From: an uncultured Candidatus Babeliaceae bacterium
GTDB lineage: Bacteria > Babelota > Babeliae > Babelales > Babelaceae
NCBI GenBank assembly: GCA_963704655.1
Contig: OY969927.1
Location: 736,001-800,000 of the forward strand
Length of the DNA: 64,000 bases
Direction of reading: 5' to 3'
Shown here: positions 19,852-28,709 of the stretch, in pieces
Layout of the letters: each line of letters starts with the position of its first letter
Position numbering within the stretch: position 1 is the stretch's first letter
The notes under the pieces: generated by a model
What the model saw: the letters and a program-made list of their open reading frames with translations, nothing else
What the model was told of the DNA's origin: nothing
Database searches by the model: none
Made by a program: the position numbers and the translations under genes

Positions 19852-20313
19852 TTACTCTTGTAATGTGGCAATAATGCATATCACGCCGACAACAATTGCT
19901 GCATCTGCAATATTAAAAACGGGTAACGCGTAATGGTTAACATGAAAAACAATAAAATCTATAACACCATTATACAATGCGCGGTCGATTAAATTGCCCG
20001 TTGCGCCAGCAATAACCAGTAACTCTGGGTAAATCGAAAAACCCTTAATAAAACGAAAGACGGTGTATCCAACAAGTAAAACTATCAGCAGTGAAATGGC
20101 AACAGAAAGCGCAATAAAAAAAGGCTGTGTTGCATGGTGAAAAATGCCCCATGAAATGCCCCGGTTGGTAAGTACTTCAAGAGAAACATACTGATTTAAC
20201 ACAATCTCTTTGGTTGCTGTCTTTAATGCCCACTGCTTACTAAAAAAATCTATAGCAAGGACAAAGGTGAAAAAAGAAAGCGCGCCAAAAACTGAAAAGA
20301 TTTTTTTCATCAT
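19852..20313 (-). CDS. lspA: Signal peptidase II
   Basis: NRGISWG, GNLIDR, GVIDFI, FNIAD. Confidence 0.96.
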   Translation of the reverse strand: MMKKIFSVFGALSFFTFVLAIDFFSKQWALKTATKEIVLNQYVSLEVLTNRGISWGIFHHATQPFFIALSVAISLLIVLLVGYTVFRFIKGFSIYPELLVIAGATGNLIDRALYNGVIDFIVFHVNHYALPVFNIADAAIVVGVICIIATLQE

Positions 20314-22682
20314 CGAACAGTTACTCCTAAGGCATGAACAGCTGCAGTAACCGCAGCGCGTAACTGGTCAATCTCTTGTTTAGAAAAAGTTTTTTCTTCA
20401 TCAACTGCTTTATAACGTAACGTTACTGCACGCTCAGAAACCCATTCCGGTTTTTCAAAGTAATCAACCAACTGCACGTGATATATGCGTGCGTCTACCA
20501 CCGCTATTGCTTGCTCAATTGCATCAACTGAAACGGCAAATGGCACGAGTAAACTGATATCTGTAGTAACAGGCTGGTATGCTGAAAGCGGGGTGAATGT
20601 TACCAACTCTTTATGCGCTTGTAATAATACATCAAGTTCAATTTCAAAAATAAACGCATGGCCCGTAGTAAATGCACGCATGCTGTCTGGCCTTACACAA
20701 CCTGCATAGCCGATAACTTTATCATTAAAAACTAACTCTGCTGTTTGATGCGGATGATAGAACACAGCAAGGTCAGATTCAGGCTTTCTCCAAACTATTG
20801 GCAATGAAAGTAACTTAAAGATTTGAGAAACTTTTTCTTTATATTCATAAAAATTAAGCTCAGTTGCTTGATACCAAATACCTGCAAAAGATGATTGTTC
20901 AACTGGTTTATTATTAATTTTTTTCCAAATATTATTTATCTCAAAAAATGCCATACGGTCATGTTCATAGACATTTTGTTCAATATTTTTAAAAAGATGT
21001 GGAATCAGTGACGAAACTAAGCTTGTCCAATGTTCTGAAACGGGGTTTGCAACAGCATAAGCCGTATCGGATAAAAGTTTACTCAAACCCACTTTTTCTA
21101 AAAATTGATTATCATAAAATGCATAGTTACTTACTTCATGCATGTTAAAACCAAATGCACACAGGCGCTTAAGCGCACGACGCATCATAATATAATCGGT
21201 AGAAAATGGCTTCATAACCCGCGAAGGCAATTGCATTGCAAGATTATTAAAGCCGATAAAACGCGCAATCTCTTCAACAATGTCCTCTGCGATAGTAATG
21301 TCTTTTGTTGCGCGAAAACTTGGCACGCTTATCGTGAACTCTGCACCAGTAGCAGTGTCTTTTTGTTGTACGCCAAAGCCCAACGCACTTAAGATAGTGT
21401 AAATATGATCTGCAGAAACATGAGTTCCAATACGATCAGAAACAAACGTCTGCGTAAAACGTATACTTTTTTCTTGAGGAACTTCACCAAGCGACATAAT
21501 TGCTTGCGCACTTTGATAGACTACATCATGGATATCTAAAAGATGTAAAAAGCGTGTTATAGCTTGCGTGTTATATAAAGGATCGAGTGATTTTTCAAAT
21601 CTTGTGGAAGACTCTGTACGGACCTTATGCTTAATTGATGATTTACGGATAGCTGCTGCAGCATATGATGCCGATTCAATAAAAAGCGCGGCTGTTTTTC
21701 TGGTTACACTAGAACCTTTACCGCCCATAATTCCTGCAAGACCTAAAATCTTTTGGCCATCACTGATAACCATATCAGTATCAACTAAGGTAATAGTTGC
21801 ACCATCAAGAAGTAATAACTTCTCACCCGAGGTTGCTTGCTCGACCTTAAGAACATCGCCTGTAATATATGCAGCATCAAATGCGTGCATTGGTTGGCCG
21901 ATATCATACATAACATAATTTGTAGTATCAACAATGCCATTTATAGGCTTTGCATCAATGGCACATAAGCGAAAGAGCATATCGGGAAATGAGGCAACAT
22001 AGGTGATTTTCGGGATACTTAAGCCTGCTATGCGTTTGCAATTTCGCTCCCCGATCACACTGAGCGAAGTCGAAGCGTTCTCCAAACCGATGGTGTTGCC
22101 TGCAACAGCGGGCGTGCTTTGGGTGAACGAGCGTATCGCTTTTTGAGCAAATATATACTCTTCTGGCAATAATTCTAAGCCATAAAGTGCTCCAACTTCA
22201 CGGGCAAAACCTCTGTGTCCCCATAAATCTGGTCTATGCGTTAATGCTTTGTTATCAAAAGTTAAAATATAGTCCCATGCAGGGATCGCGCTTTTCCAAG
22301 CGCCAGCTTTTTGTGCTTCAGGCACCCAGACAGCAGGAACAAGACCATCTTTTTCAGCATGCAGGTCACGCAGCGAAAGATAGGTAAACATATCGCCCTG
22401 CTTGAGTATCAAACAGCTGTCACCAACAGCCAGGTCTGTACGCGGGGGTAAGGTGATCTCTTTATGTAACTCGACAATTGAAAGCGTACAAGCGGTATCT
22501 TGTTTAATAACAGTACCTAAAAAAATCTTATCTAATGGATAGGTAATTTTTTCAACATGTTCTACTTCAGCAACAGTAGCTCCGATACGTTCAAAAAAGT
22601 TGCCCTTTTCAAACTCAGACTGAAACTCAGAAAATGGGTTTTTCTTAATATGACTAAACAACCAAGAAAGAGATAGCTTCAT
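20310..22682 (-). CDS. pheT: Phenylalanine-tRNA ligase beta subunit
   Basis: HRPDLWGHRGFARE, GQPMHAFD, GIMGG, STRFEK, EEIAR. Confidence 0.96.
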   Translation of the reverse strand: MKLSLSWLFSHIKKNPFSEFQSEFEKGNFFERIGATVAEVEHVEKITYPLDKIFLGTVIKQDTACTLSIVELHKEITLPPRTDLAVGDSCLILKQGDMFTYLSLRDLHAEKDGLVPAVWVPEAQKAGAWKSAIPAWDYILTFDNKALTHRPDLWGHRGFAREVGALYGLELLPEEYIFAQKAIRSFTQSTPAVAGNTIGLENASTSLSVIGERNCKRIAGLSIPKITYVASFPDMLFRLCAIDAKPINGIVDTTNYVMYDIGQPMHAFDAAYITGDVLKVEQATSGEKLLLLDGATITLVDTDMVISDGQKILGLAGIMGGKGSSVTRKTAALFIESASYAAAAIRKSSIKHKVRTESSTRFEKSLDPLYNTQAITRFLHLLDIHDVVYQSAQAIMSLGEVPQEKSIRFTQTFVSDRIGTHVSADHIYTILSALGFGVQQKDTATGAEFTISVPSFRATKDITIAEDIVEEIARFIGFNNLAMQLPSRVMKPFSTDYIMMRRALKRLCAFGFNMHEVSNYAFYDNQFLEKVGLSKLLSDTAYAVANPVSEHWTSLVSSLIPHLFKNIEQNVYEHDRMAFFEINNIWKKINNKPVEQSSFAGIWYQATELNFYEYKEKVSQIFKLLSLPIVWRKPESDLAVFYHPHQTAELVFNDKVIGYAGCVRPDSMRAFTTGHAFIFEIELDVLLQAHKELVTFTPLSAYQPVTTDISLLVPFAVSVDAIEQAIAVVDARIYHVQLVDYFEKPEWVSERAVTLRYKAVDEEKTFSKQEIDQLRAAVTAAVHALGVTVR
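22051..22079 (+). repeat. Family A copy in frame in pheT
   Basis: ccgatcacactgagcgaagtcgaagcgt, near-identical to the reverse complement of 4091-4117. Confidence 0.8.
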
Positions 22683-22720
22683 GTATTTACGACCTAACTT
22701 TAAAGAACTTAATAATCCGC

Positions 22721-22786
22721 CCGCATGGATTCGACTACGCTCACCACGAGCGGACGCTCATCCTGAGCCTGTCGAAGGGTTAGCGG
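22721..22786. repeat. Family A inverted doublet, intergenic
   Basis: ccgcatggattcgactacgctcaccacgagcgg + cgctcatcctgagcctgtcgaagggttagcgg. Confidence 0.93.
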
Positions 22787-22867
22787 GTCAATGAAAGTCT
22801 GCTATATATCTAGTAAAGTTTACGCAAAAATTGTAAAACGATCAATCTATGGTAAAATTATATCATT

Positions 22868-23782
22868 ATGAAAACTATACTACTTTATTACAAATATACC
22901 GATGTCGAATTTCCTGCGCAGCAAGTAAAACTTCAAAAAGAGCTCTGCGCACGCTTAGGTCTCAAGGGACGTATCATTATTGCTACTGAAGGAATTAATG
23001 GCACTGTTGCCGGAACCCAGGAAGCTTGTGATGCTTATATTGAGCACATGAACGCTCACCCACTTTTTTTTGGCATTGATTTTAAAATCAGCCAGTGTGA
23101 AGGCGAGCCGTTCCCCCGCATGCGAATTGTTGAAAAAGAAGAGATCACTCGCATGGGCAAAAGTCCCAAAGAAATCTCTTATAAAGATACTGGGACGCAT
23201 TTAACCCCACAACAAGCACATGACCTTATTGCCAACAATAAAGATCTACTTATCTTAGATGGCAGAAACGCTTACGAGGCTGCTATTGGTAAATTTGTAG
23301 GAGCCATTGTGCCTGATATTGAGACCTTTAGAGAATTTCCTGATTATATAGATAAAAACCAAGATATGTTTAAAGATAAAGAGGTCTTTATGTACTGCAC
23401 CGGCGGCATCCGCTGCGAGCGCGCAACTGCTTACTTAAAAAGTAAAGGTGTTGCAAAAGAAGTATATCACGTAACTGGTGGTATTGACCGTTATGCTCAG
23501 GCGTATCCTGACGGATACTTTAGGGGCAAAAATTATGTCTTTGATGGCCGCATAGCCGTTCCTGTTAATAACGATATTCTGAGTACCTGTGCACTTTGTT
23601 CACAAGCAGCTGACGATTATTACAACTGTGTCTATGCTGGCTGCAACAAACAGCTTATTATTTGCCCACCATGTGTACAAGAACATAATGCAACCTGTAG
23701 CGAAAAGTGTAAACAACTGATTTTAGATAACCCTGCACTTATGCGCATTATCCCGCACAAAACAGCAACATGCGCTCGCTAG
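22868..23782 (+). CDS. trhO: Rhodanese-domain tRNA U34 hydroxylase (TrhO/UPF0176)
   Basis: LLYYKY, EGINGT, MYCTGGIRCE, YVFDGR. Confidence 0.9.
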   Translation: MKTILLYYKYTDVEFPAQQVKLQKELCARLGLKGRIIIATEGINGTVAGTQEACDAYIEHMNAHPLFFGIDFKISQCEGEPFPRMRIVEKEEITRMGKSPKEISYKDTGTHLTPQQAHDLIANNKDLLILDGRNAYEAAIGKFVGAIVPDIETFREFPDYIDKNQDMFKDKEVFMYCTGGIRCERATAYLKSKGVAKEVYHVTGGIDRYAQAYPDGYFRGKNYVFDGRIAVPVNNDILSTCALCSQAADDYYNCVYAGCNKQLIICPPCVQEHNATCSEKCKQLILDNPALMRIIPHKTATCAR

Positions 23783-24807
23783 AAAACCTGATTCAACAGA
23801 ACGCTCCACTGGCAGACAAAAACTGGTTTAAAACAGGCGGGCCTGCAGAGTTTTATGCAGAGCCACAAACACCACAAGAATTTGCTGCAGCTATTATATT
23901 CGCACGCGAACACAGTTTGCCTATTACATTATTAGGCGAAGGCGCTAACGTACTTATCAGCGATGCGGGAATTTCTGGGCTTGTTATTCGCCCCGCTTTA
24001 AAAGAAATTATATTCGAAACATGTTCAAACGCCGTGCACCCTGCCTGTCCGTCGAAGCCTTGGCGAAGTCGGAAGTGTTCACCGCAGGTGAATGTATCGA
24101 AGGGGCAGAATATCTGGGTTACAGCGCAGGCAGGCGTGAGTATGCATGAACTTATCGATGCTTGCTTAGCGCAAGGCGCATTAGGCTTAGAAGAATTTAG
24201 TGGGATACCCGGAACAGTTGGCGGGTCAGTTTTTATCAATATCCATTATTTTGAATTTTTATTAAGCAAGTTTATTACTCAAGCGACAGTTATTAACGCC
24301 ACAACCGGCGAGCTGCTTTCAGTTGACCATGCATGGTTTAATTTTAGTTATAACTATTCAATGTTACATGAAAATAATTACTATCTAGTAGATGCTACGT
24401 TTAAACTTAAACGTGCTGAATCGCCTTTAGATGTTGCGTTTGCGCAAGGGCGCAGAAAAGAGATTATTCGCCACAGAGCAGCTCGATACCCAAATGCGGG
24501 AACTTGTGGCAGTTTTTTTAGAAACTTTTATCCGCAAGAAGTTACGCTTGAAAGCTTAGGAAAAAAACTAATCTATGTTGCTTATTATTTAGATAAAATT
24601 GGTGTTAAAGGCGCACTTTCATGCGGCGGTGCAACGGTGTCTTACCAGCATGCAAATATGCTCGTTAACTCTGGCAATGCCTCCACTGCCGACTTAATAA
24701 CTCTTGCACGCACCATGCAAGAAAAAGTCCGTGATGCTTATGGCATTACGCCACAGCCGGAATGCAGATTATTAGGTTTTGAAAAATACCCATTACTATC
24801 CTATTAA
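23770..24807 (+). CDS. murB: UDP-N-acetylmuramate dehydrogenase with in-frame repeat insertion
   Basis: FKTGGPA, GEGANVL, GIPGTVGG, GSFFRN, HANMLVN. Confidence 0.96.
   Translation: MRSLENLIQQNAPLADKNWFKTGGPAEFYAEPQTPQEFAAAIIFAREHSLPITLLGEGANVLISDAGISGLVIRPALKEIIFETCSNAVHPACPSKPWRSRKCSPQVNVSKGQNIWVTAQAGVSMHELIDACLAQGALGLEEFSGIPGTVGGSVFINIHYFEFLLSKFITQATVINATTGELLSVDHAWFNFSYNYSMLHENNYYLVDATFKLKRAESPLDVAFAQGRRKEIIRHRAARYPNAGTCGSFFRNFYPQEVTLESLGKKLIYVAYYLDKIGVKGALSCGGATVSYQHANMLVNSGNASTADLITLARTMQEKVRDAYGITPQPECRLLGFEKYPLLSY
24031..24105 (+). repeat. Family A copy interrupted by family B (24044-24073), in frame in murB
   Basis: gccgtgcaccctg[cctgtccgtcgaagccttggcgaagtcgga]agtgttcaccgcaggtgaatgtatcgaagggg. 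Confidence 0.92.
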
Positions 24808-26309
24808 GCTTCATTAATTTCCTTAATAACAAACATATTAGCGTTATTAAGTTTTTGAAAAGCTTCATTTGCACTAGCATAATTCTCAGGATTTTTATCA
24901 GGATGAACTTTCAAAGACAATATCCTAAATGCTCTATTAACATCATCTATTGTTGCTTTATGAGAAACGCCCAAAATCTCATAAGGATTTTTAGTATTTA
25001 GGATCCGTGTTATCGCTTGATCTTGAGTTTCATTTTTTAATTCAGAACTCATAGAACTTTCAGCTTCAAATGATTTTTTATAAGCATCTTTTAACACATT
25101 CACGTCCCATATTTTGGCGACCTTGCCAAGAGACAAAGTAATTATTTTTTTATCTGAAGGTGAAAATTTTACAGACAAAACTTTATACTCACCGCCAAAT
25201 GGATTAAAGCTTGTCAGAGTCTTGTGAGTTTGTACATCTTGTATAGTAACCGTTTCATTTTCACCTACCAAGATAACCATATCACCATGATATGAAAATA
25301 TTGTCTTGCTTGAATCATAAGCTTCATGTCCAAGAATTTTATAAAGATTGCCTAAAGCTGTACCTATATTGCCATCCCAAACTCCGATAAAGCCATCAGG
25401 TGTGTAGGTAAGAATTTTAGTTCCATCTGCTGAAAAAGCTATAGTCGGTCTATCTTCTTCGGGATTACTTACTTCTTTTTCTTTAACAAGTGTGGCTATC
25501 TTTTGACCTGCCTCTACTGACCATAATACTATCGGGCCATAATACTTTTGCCCTGAAATGGTCTGCACAGCACTGGTGAGTAGTTTTATGCCATCGGGTG
25601 AAAAGTGCGCTATATTTACGTTTGGAAAGGTATGCAAACTGGTGCCGGTAGCAACATCCCATATTTTTGCAACGCTTTGTTTTTTTGCAACATCTTGTGC
25701 TACGGTAAGGAGCTTACTTGCATCAGAAGAAAATTCTATAACACTAACCGCTTTAGGCGTCGCAATTGCCGCCTGCTTTTTGCCTATAGAAGGCATAGCC
25801 CCTGAAGATGTTTCAGGCGCCTTAAGAGCCTCGTAAGCTTTAAGACTAAGTAAGCTTCCCCCTGTTGCAACATCCCAAATTTTAACTATTCCATCTTCTG
25901 CTCCTGTTGCAAGCTTTAGATCATCGTGAGAAAAACTTACTTTATTAATTTTTTTTGGATGAGCATTAAAAGTACTTATCATGCTACCAGTTCCGGTATC
26001 CCACAAAATAACTGTCCCATTTGAAGATCCAGTAACAATTTTTTTACCATCATGCGAAAATGCCGCAACCACAACAGGACTACTATGATCAAGCTTATAT
26101 ATAAGTTTGCCAGTTTGCGCATCAAAAAGATCTGCGCTGTTTCCCTCACCAGGGGTTAAAATTTGCTTTTCATCTGGGCTAAAAAATGCGAATAATATCA
26201 TAGCATTATTTGAAATTGTTACTACAGGTGAAATATCCTGCATCCCACAAAGCTGTTGAGCCATGCCCAGCAAAACAAGAATAAAAACATTAAGAATATT
26301 TTTTTTCAT
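24804..26309 (-). CDS. Signal peptide + WD40 repeats + C-terminal DnaJ domain
   Basis: Multiple FSxDG...KIWD repeats; NPYEILGV...HPDKN. Confidence 0.9.
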   Translation of the reverse strand: MKKNILNVFILVLLGMAQQLCGMQDISPVVTISNNAMILFAFFSPDEKQILTPGEGNSADLFDAQTGKLIYKLDHSSPVVVAAFSHDGKKIVTGSSNGTVILWDTGTGSMISTFNAHPKKINKVSFSHDDLKLATGAEDGIVKIWDVATGGSLLSLKAYEALKAPETSSGAMPSIGKKQAAIATPKAVSVIEFSSDASKLLTVAQDVAKKQSVAKIWDVATGTSLHTFPNVNIAHFSPDGIKLLTSAVQTISGQKYYGPIVLWSVEAGQKIATLVKEKEVSNPEEDRPTIAFSADGTKILTYTPDGFIGVWDGNIGTALGNLYKILGHEAYDSSKTIFSYHGDMVILVGENETVTIQDVQTHKTLTSFNPFGGEYKVLSVKFSPSDKKIITLSLGKVAKIWDVNVLKDAYKKSFEAESSMSSELKNETQDQAITRILNTKNPYEILGVSHKATIDDVNRAFRILSLKVHPDKNPENYASANEAFQKLNNANMFVIKEINEA

Positions 26310-26334
26310 AGCTATCCTATTATTTTAACAGTTA

Positions 26335-27045
26335 CTAAGTTCTTGCTCTTTTTGATGAGCTTTCTTCTACAGATTCTATTTTTCTTTTATTTTCAAGATT
26401 TGTTAACCCATCTTTTGCTTTTTGCAATAGAGTATCAACGTTAATACCAAAATCTTCTTCAATTGATTTTTTTTCATCTTCGTCAAATTTGTTTTCTTCA
26501 ATAGCATCGATAGTTTTTCGATAGAGTTCTTGAGCATTGGCATCGGATAAGCGTTCATATTTTTCTTGAAGATCAATAGCTTGCTTATAAGGCTGCAAAA
26601 AATAATCAACAGTCCCATCTTCATAATCAGATTCATAATTATCTATAAGCTCAAGCATTAAATGTGTCGGCTCGGGATATAATGTGAAAAAAGAATCATC
26701 AAAGCGTGGAGTGTCTTGCATCAACTCTGCATACAGCAAATCTGCAAGTCTCTTACGCGCCTTGAAAAGCGTTTCATCATCAACATTTTTTGGGGTTTTA
26801 CCGGCTCTTACAATTTTTGTATAAGCTTTTAATATATCAAGTAAAGCCGCATCACGCTCAGGACCAGGAGAAGAATACTCAGCCACATCATAGCTGTCTT
26901 CAACTTCATCATAACGTTGTTTATAAAATTCCTTAGGGTCAAAAATTTCTTGCTCTTCTTGCTCTTCTTGCTCTTGCAAAGCATTTAGCGCTGATGCTGC
27001 GCCTAAAAAGGCTATTGCTAAAAATAAAAAATTCTTTTTCATCAC
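26335..27045 (-). CDS. Acidic hypothetical exported protein
   Basis: Signal peptide, QEE repeats. Confidence 0.75.
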   Translation of the reverse strand: MMKKNFLFLAIAFLGAASALNALQEQEEQEEQEIFDPKEFYKQRYDEVEDSYDVAEYSSPGPERDAALLDILKAYTKIVRAGKTPKNVDDETLFKARKRLADLLYAELMQDTPRFDDSFFTLYPEPTHLMLELIDNYESDYEDGTVDYFLQPYKQAIDLQEKYERLSDANAQELYRKTIDAIEENKFDEDEKKSIEEDFGINVDTLLQKAKDGLTNLENKRKIESVEESSSKRART

Positions 27046-27217
27046 TTTTCCCCTATATTATTAACAGAATTTATATTTCTTAATACCAATATAGCATTAT
27101 TCGTATTGTAAAATAAATGGTTTTAATAAAAAAGCTAAACATTATTATGATATATATAAAAAAATATATCTTTAATGCCGATCTGAACAGCAAAAATATA
27201 AATCTTTTAGGCTTCTC

Positions 27218-27247
27218 TTGACTTTTAAATAATTTCAAATATATAAT
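27218..27247 (+). promoter_or_regulatory. Putative sigma70 promoter
   Basis: TTGACT-18 nt-TATAAT in an AT-rich divergent gap. Confidence 0.5.
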
Positions 27248-27297
27248 TATTATAAGTGCTGGATTATGAATTCAAAAAAGAAATTACAGGGATTATA

Positions 27298-28707
27298 ATG
27301 AAAAAGCCCGCTCTATTTTTAGCAGCGCTTACTGCCACATTCAATATTTTTGGTTATAGCATTATGCTGCCTGAAGGCATCTGTAATGCAACCGAAATTT
27401 CTGCAAAAATGGGCTGCGGCAAGAATAAACTCACCTTTGATTCAAAAAACCCTGTTTTTTTGATACTTATTCATGGAACTTTTTCTGAAGATGAAAAATT
27501 TTTAGATTCTATTGCGCTCAATAAAGACCTTATTCCTCAAGGTTTTTTTGAAAACAAAGAATACAATAACAGCTTACCTATTAAGCTTACCTATAGCTGG
27601 AGCGGAAAAAACTCTGACAGCGCTCGCATCAGCGCAGGAAAAACTTTAGCAAATAAGCTCGATTTTATTAATTTACAATGCAAACAAGAAAAAGTTGAAC
27701 CGAAAATTATCCTCATGGCACACAGTCATGGTGGAAACATATCGGCTGTTGCAAGTAACTTAGTAACCAAGCCTATAGATTGCGCAATTTTCTTAGCTGC
27801 ACCAGTATTACGTTACGATCAAAAAGTTAAATCTAACTCAGAAAACGACCTTTATCTGCCAAAAGCGATTAAAGAACTTTTTCTTTTTTATTCAATGCAA
27901 GATTTTGTTCAAACAGCCGGAGCTCTTACCAGCAATTTCAAAAGACGTTATGGCCCAATAACAGGGATTAATCTCTATAATGTGAGACTCTTACTTAATG
28001 GCCAAGAGCCATTGCACACGGAGCTTTATAACCAAATTATTGAAGATCATATATTAGATCTTTGCTCAGTAATCAAAAAAAATTATAAAAAAAATAAAAA
28101 TCTTATAGCAAACATCGCGCCAAAAAATCCAAACGCTGACAAACTTATAGCTATAAAGAAATATGACCCGACAACAACAAACCCATTTACCGGCAAATCT
28201 ACCGATGGCTTATGGGAAAATTGGGAAGAATTCACTTATGAAACGGGTGAACCTAATGAAGCTGAAATCAGCGATGCTGCACGCTTTACCTTTAACAACT
28301 TCTACCACACAGAATTTTTAGATACCACACCACTTTTAGATAGAACCTTGAAAACTATTCAAAAGGTTACCTGTATAGAAGTTATTGGACAAGCTGGGGC
28401 ATTACTTAAAAAGTTGCCCGCAAGTACCTTAAAAGGCGCTTCGCAAATGTGCTGCCAATTTGACGAATTCAAAAAAAAGCATCCGAATGCAACCCAGGCA
28501 TTAAGTTGTCCAGCAGAGCCAACATCAACAGCGCAAGCACCACTTTCATCTGAAGAAAATAGAGACCTTTGTCTTAATCTTTTTGGTCCACTTGGCAGAA
28601 CTCTTGGTGGTTTGCCCGAATCTGCAAAAAATGATCTTAAGACAAGATGCTGTTTGCCAGACTTTATGGCAAAGCACCCGAATGCATCGAAAACAATTGG
28701 TTGTTAA
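27298..28707 (+). CDS. Exported alpha/beta hydrolase with duplicated Cys-rich C-terminal module
   Basis: LIHGT, YSWSG, AHSHGG. Start at ATG 27298. Confidence 0.75.
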   Translation: MKKPALFLAALTATFNIFGYSIMLPEGICNATEISAKMGCGKNKLTFDSKNPVFLILIHGTFSEDEKFLDSIALNKDLIPQGFFENKEYNNSLPIKLTYSWSGKNSDSARISAGKTLANKLDFINLQCKQEKVEPKIILMAHSHGGNISAVASNLVTKPIDCAIFLAAPVLRYDQKVKSNSENDLYLPKAIKELFLFYSMQDFVQTAGALTSNFKRRYGPITGINLYNVRLLLNGQEPLHTELYNQIIEDHILDLCSVIKKNYKKNKNLIANIAPKNPNADKLIAIKKYDPTTTNPFTGKSTDGLWENWEEFTYETGEPNEAEISDAARFTFNNFYHTEFLDTTPLLDRTLKTIQKVTCIEVIGQAGALLKKLPASTLKGASQMCCQFDEFKKKHPNATQALSCPAEPTSTAQAPLSSEENRDLCLNLFGPLGRTLGGLPESAKNDLKTRCCLPDFMAKHPNASKTIGC

Positions 28708-28709
28708 TT

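Noticed and set aside
26947-26977. 9-bp tandem repeat encoding QEE
   Set aside because: In-frame low-complexity tract with no sign of phase variation.
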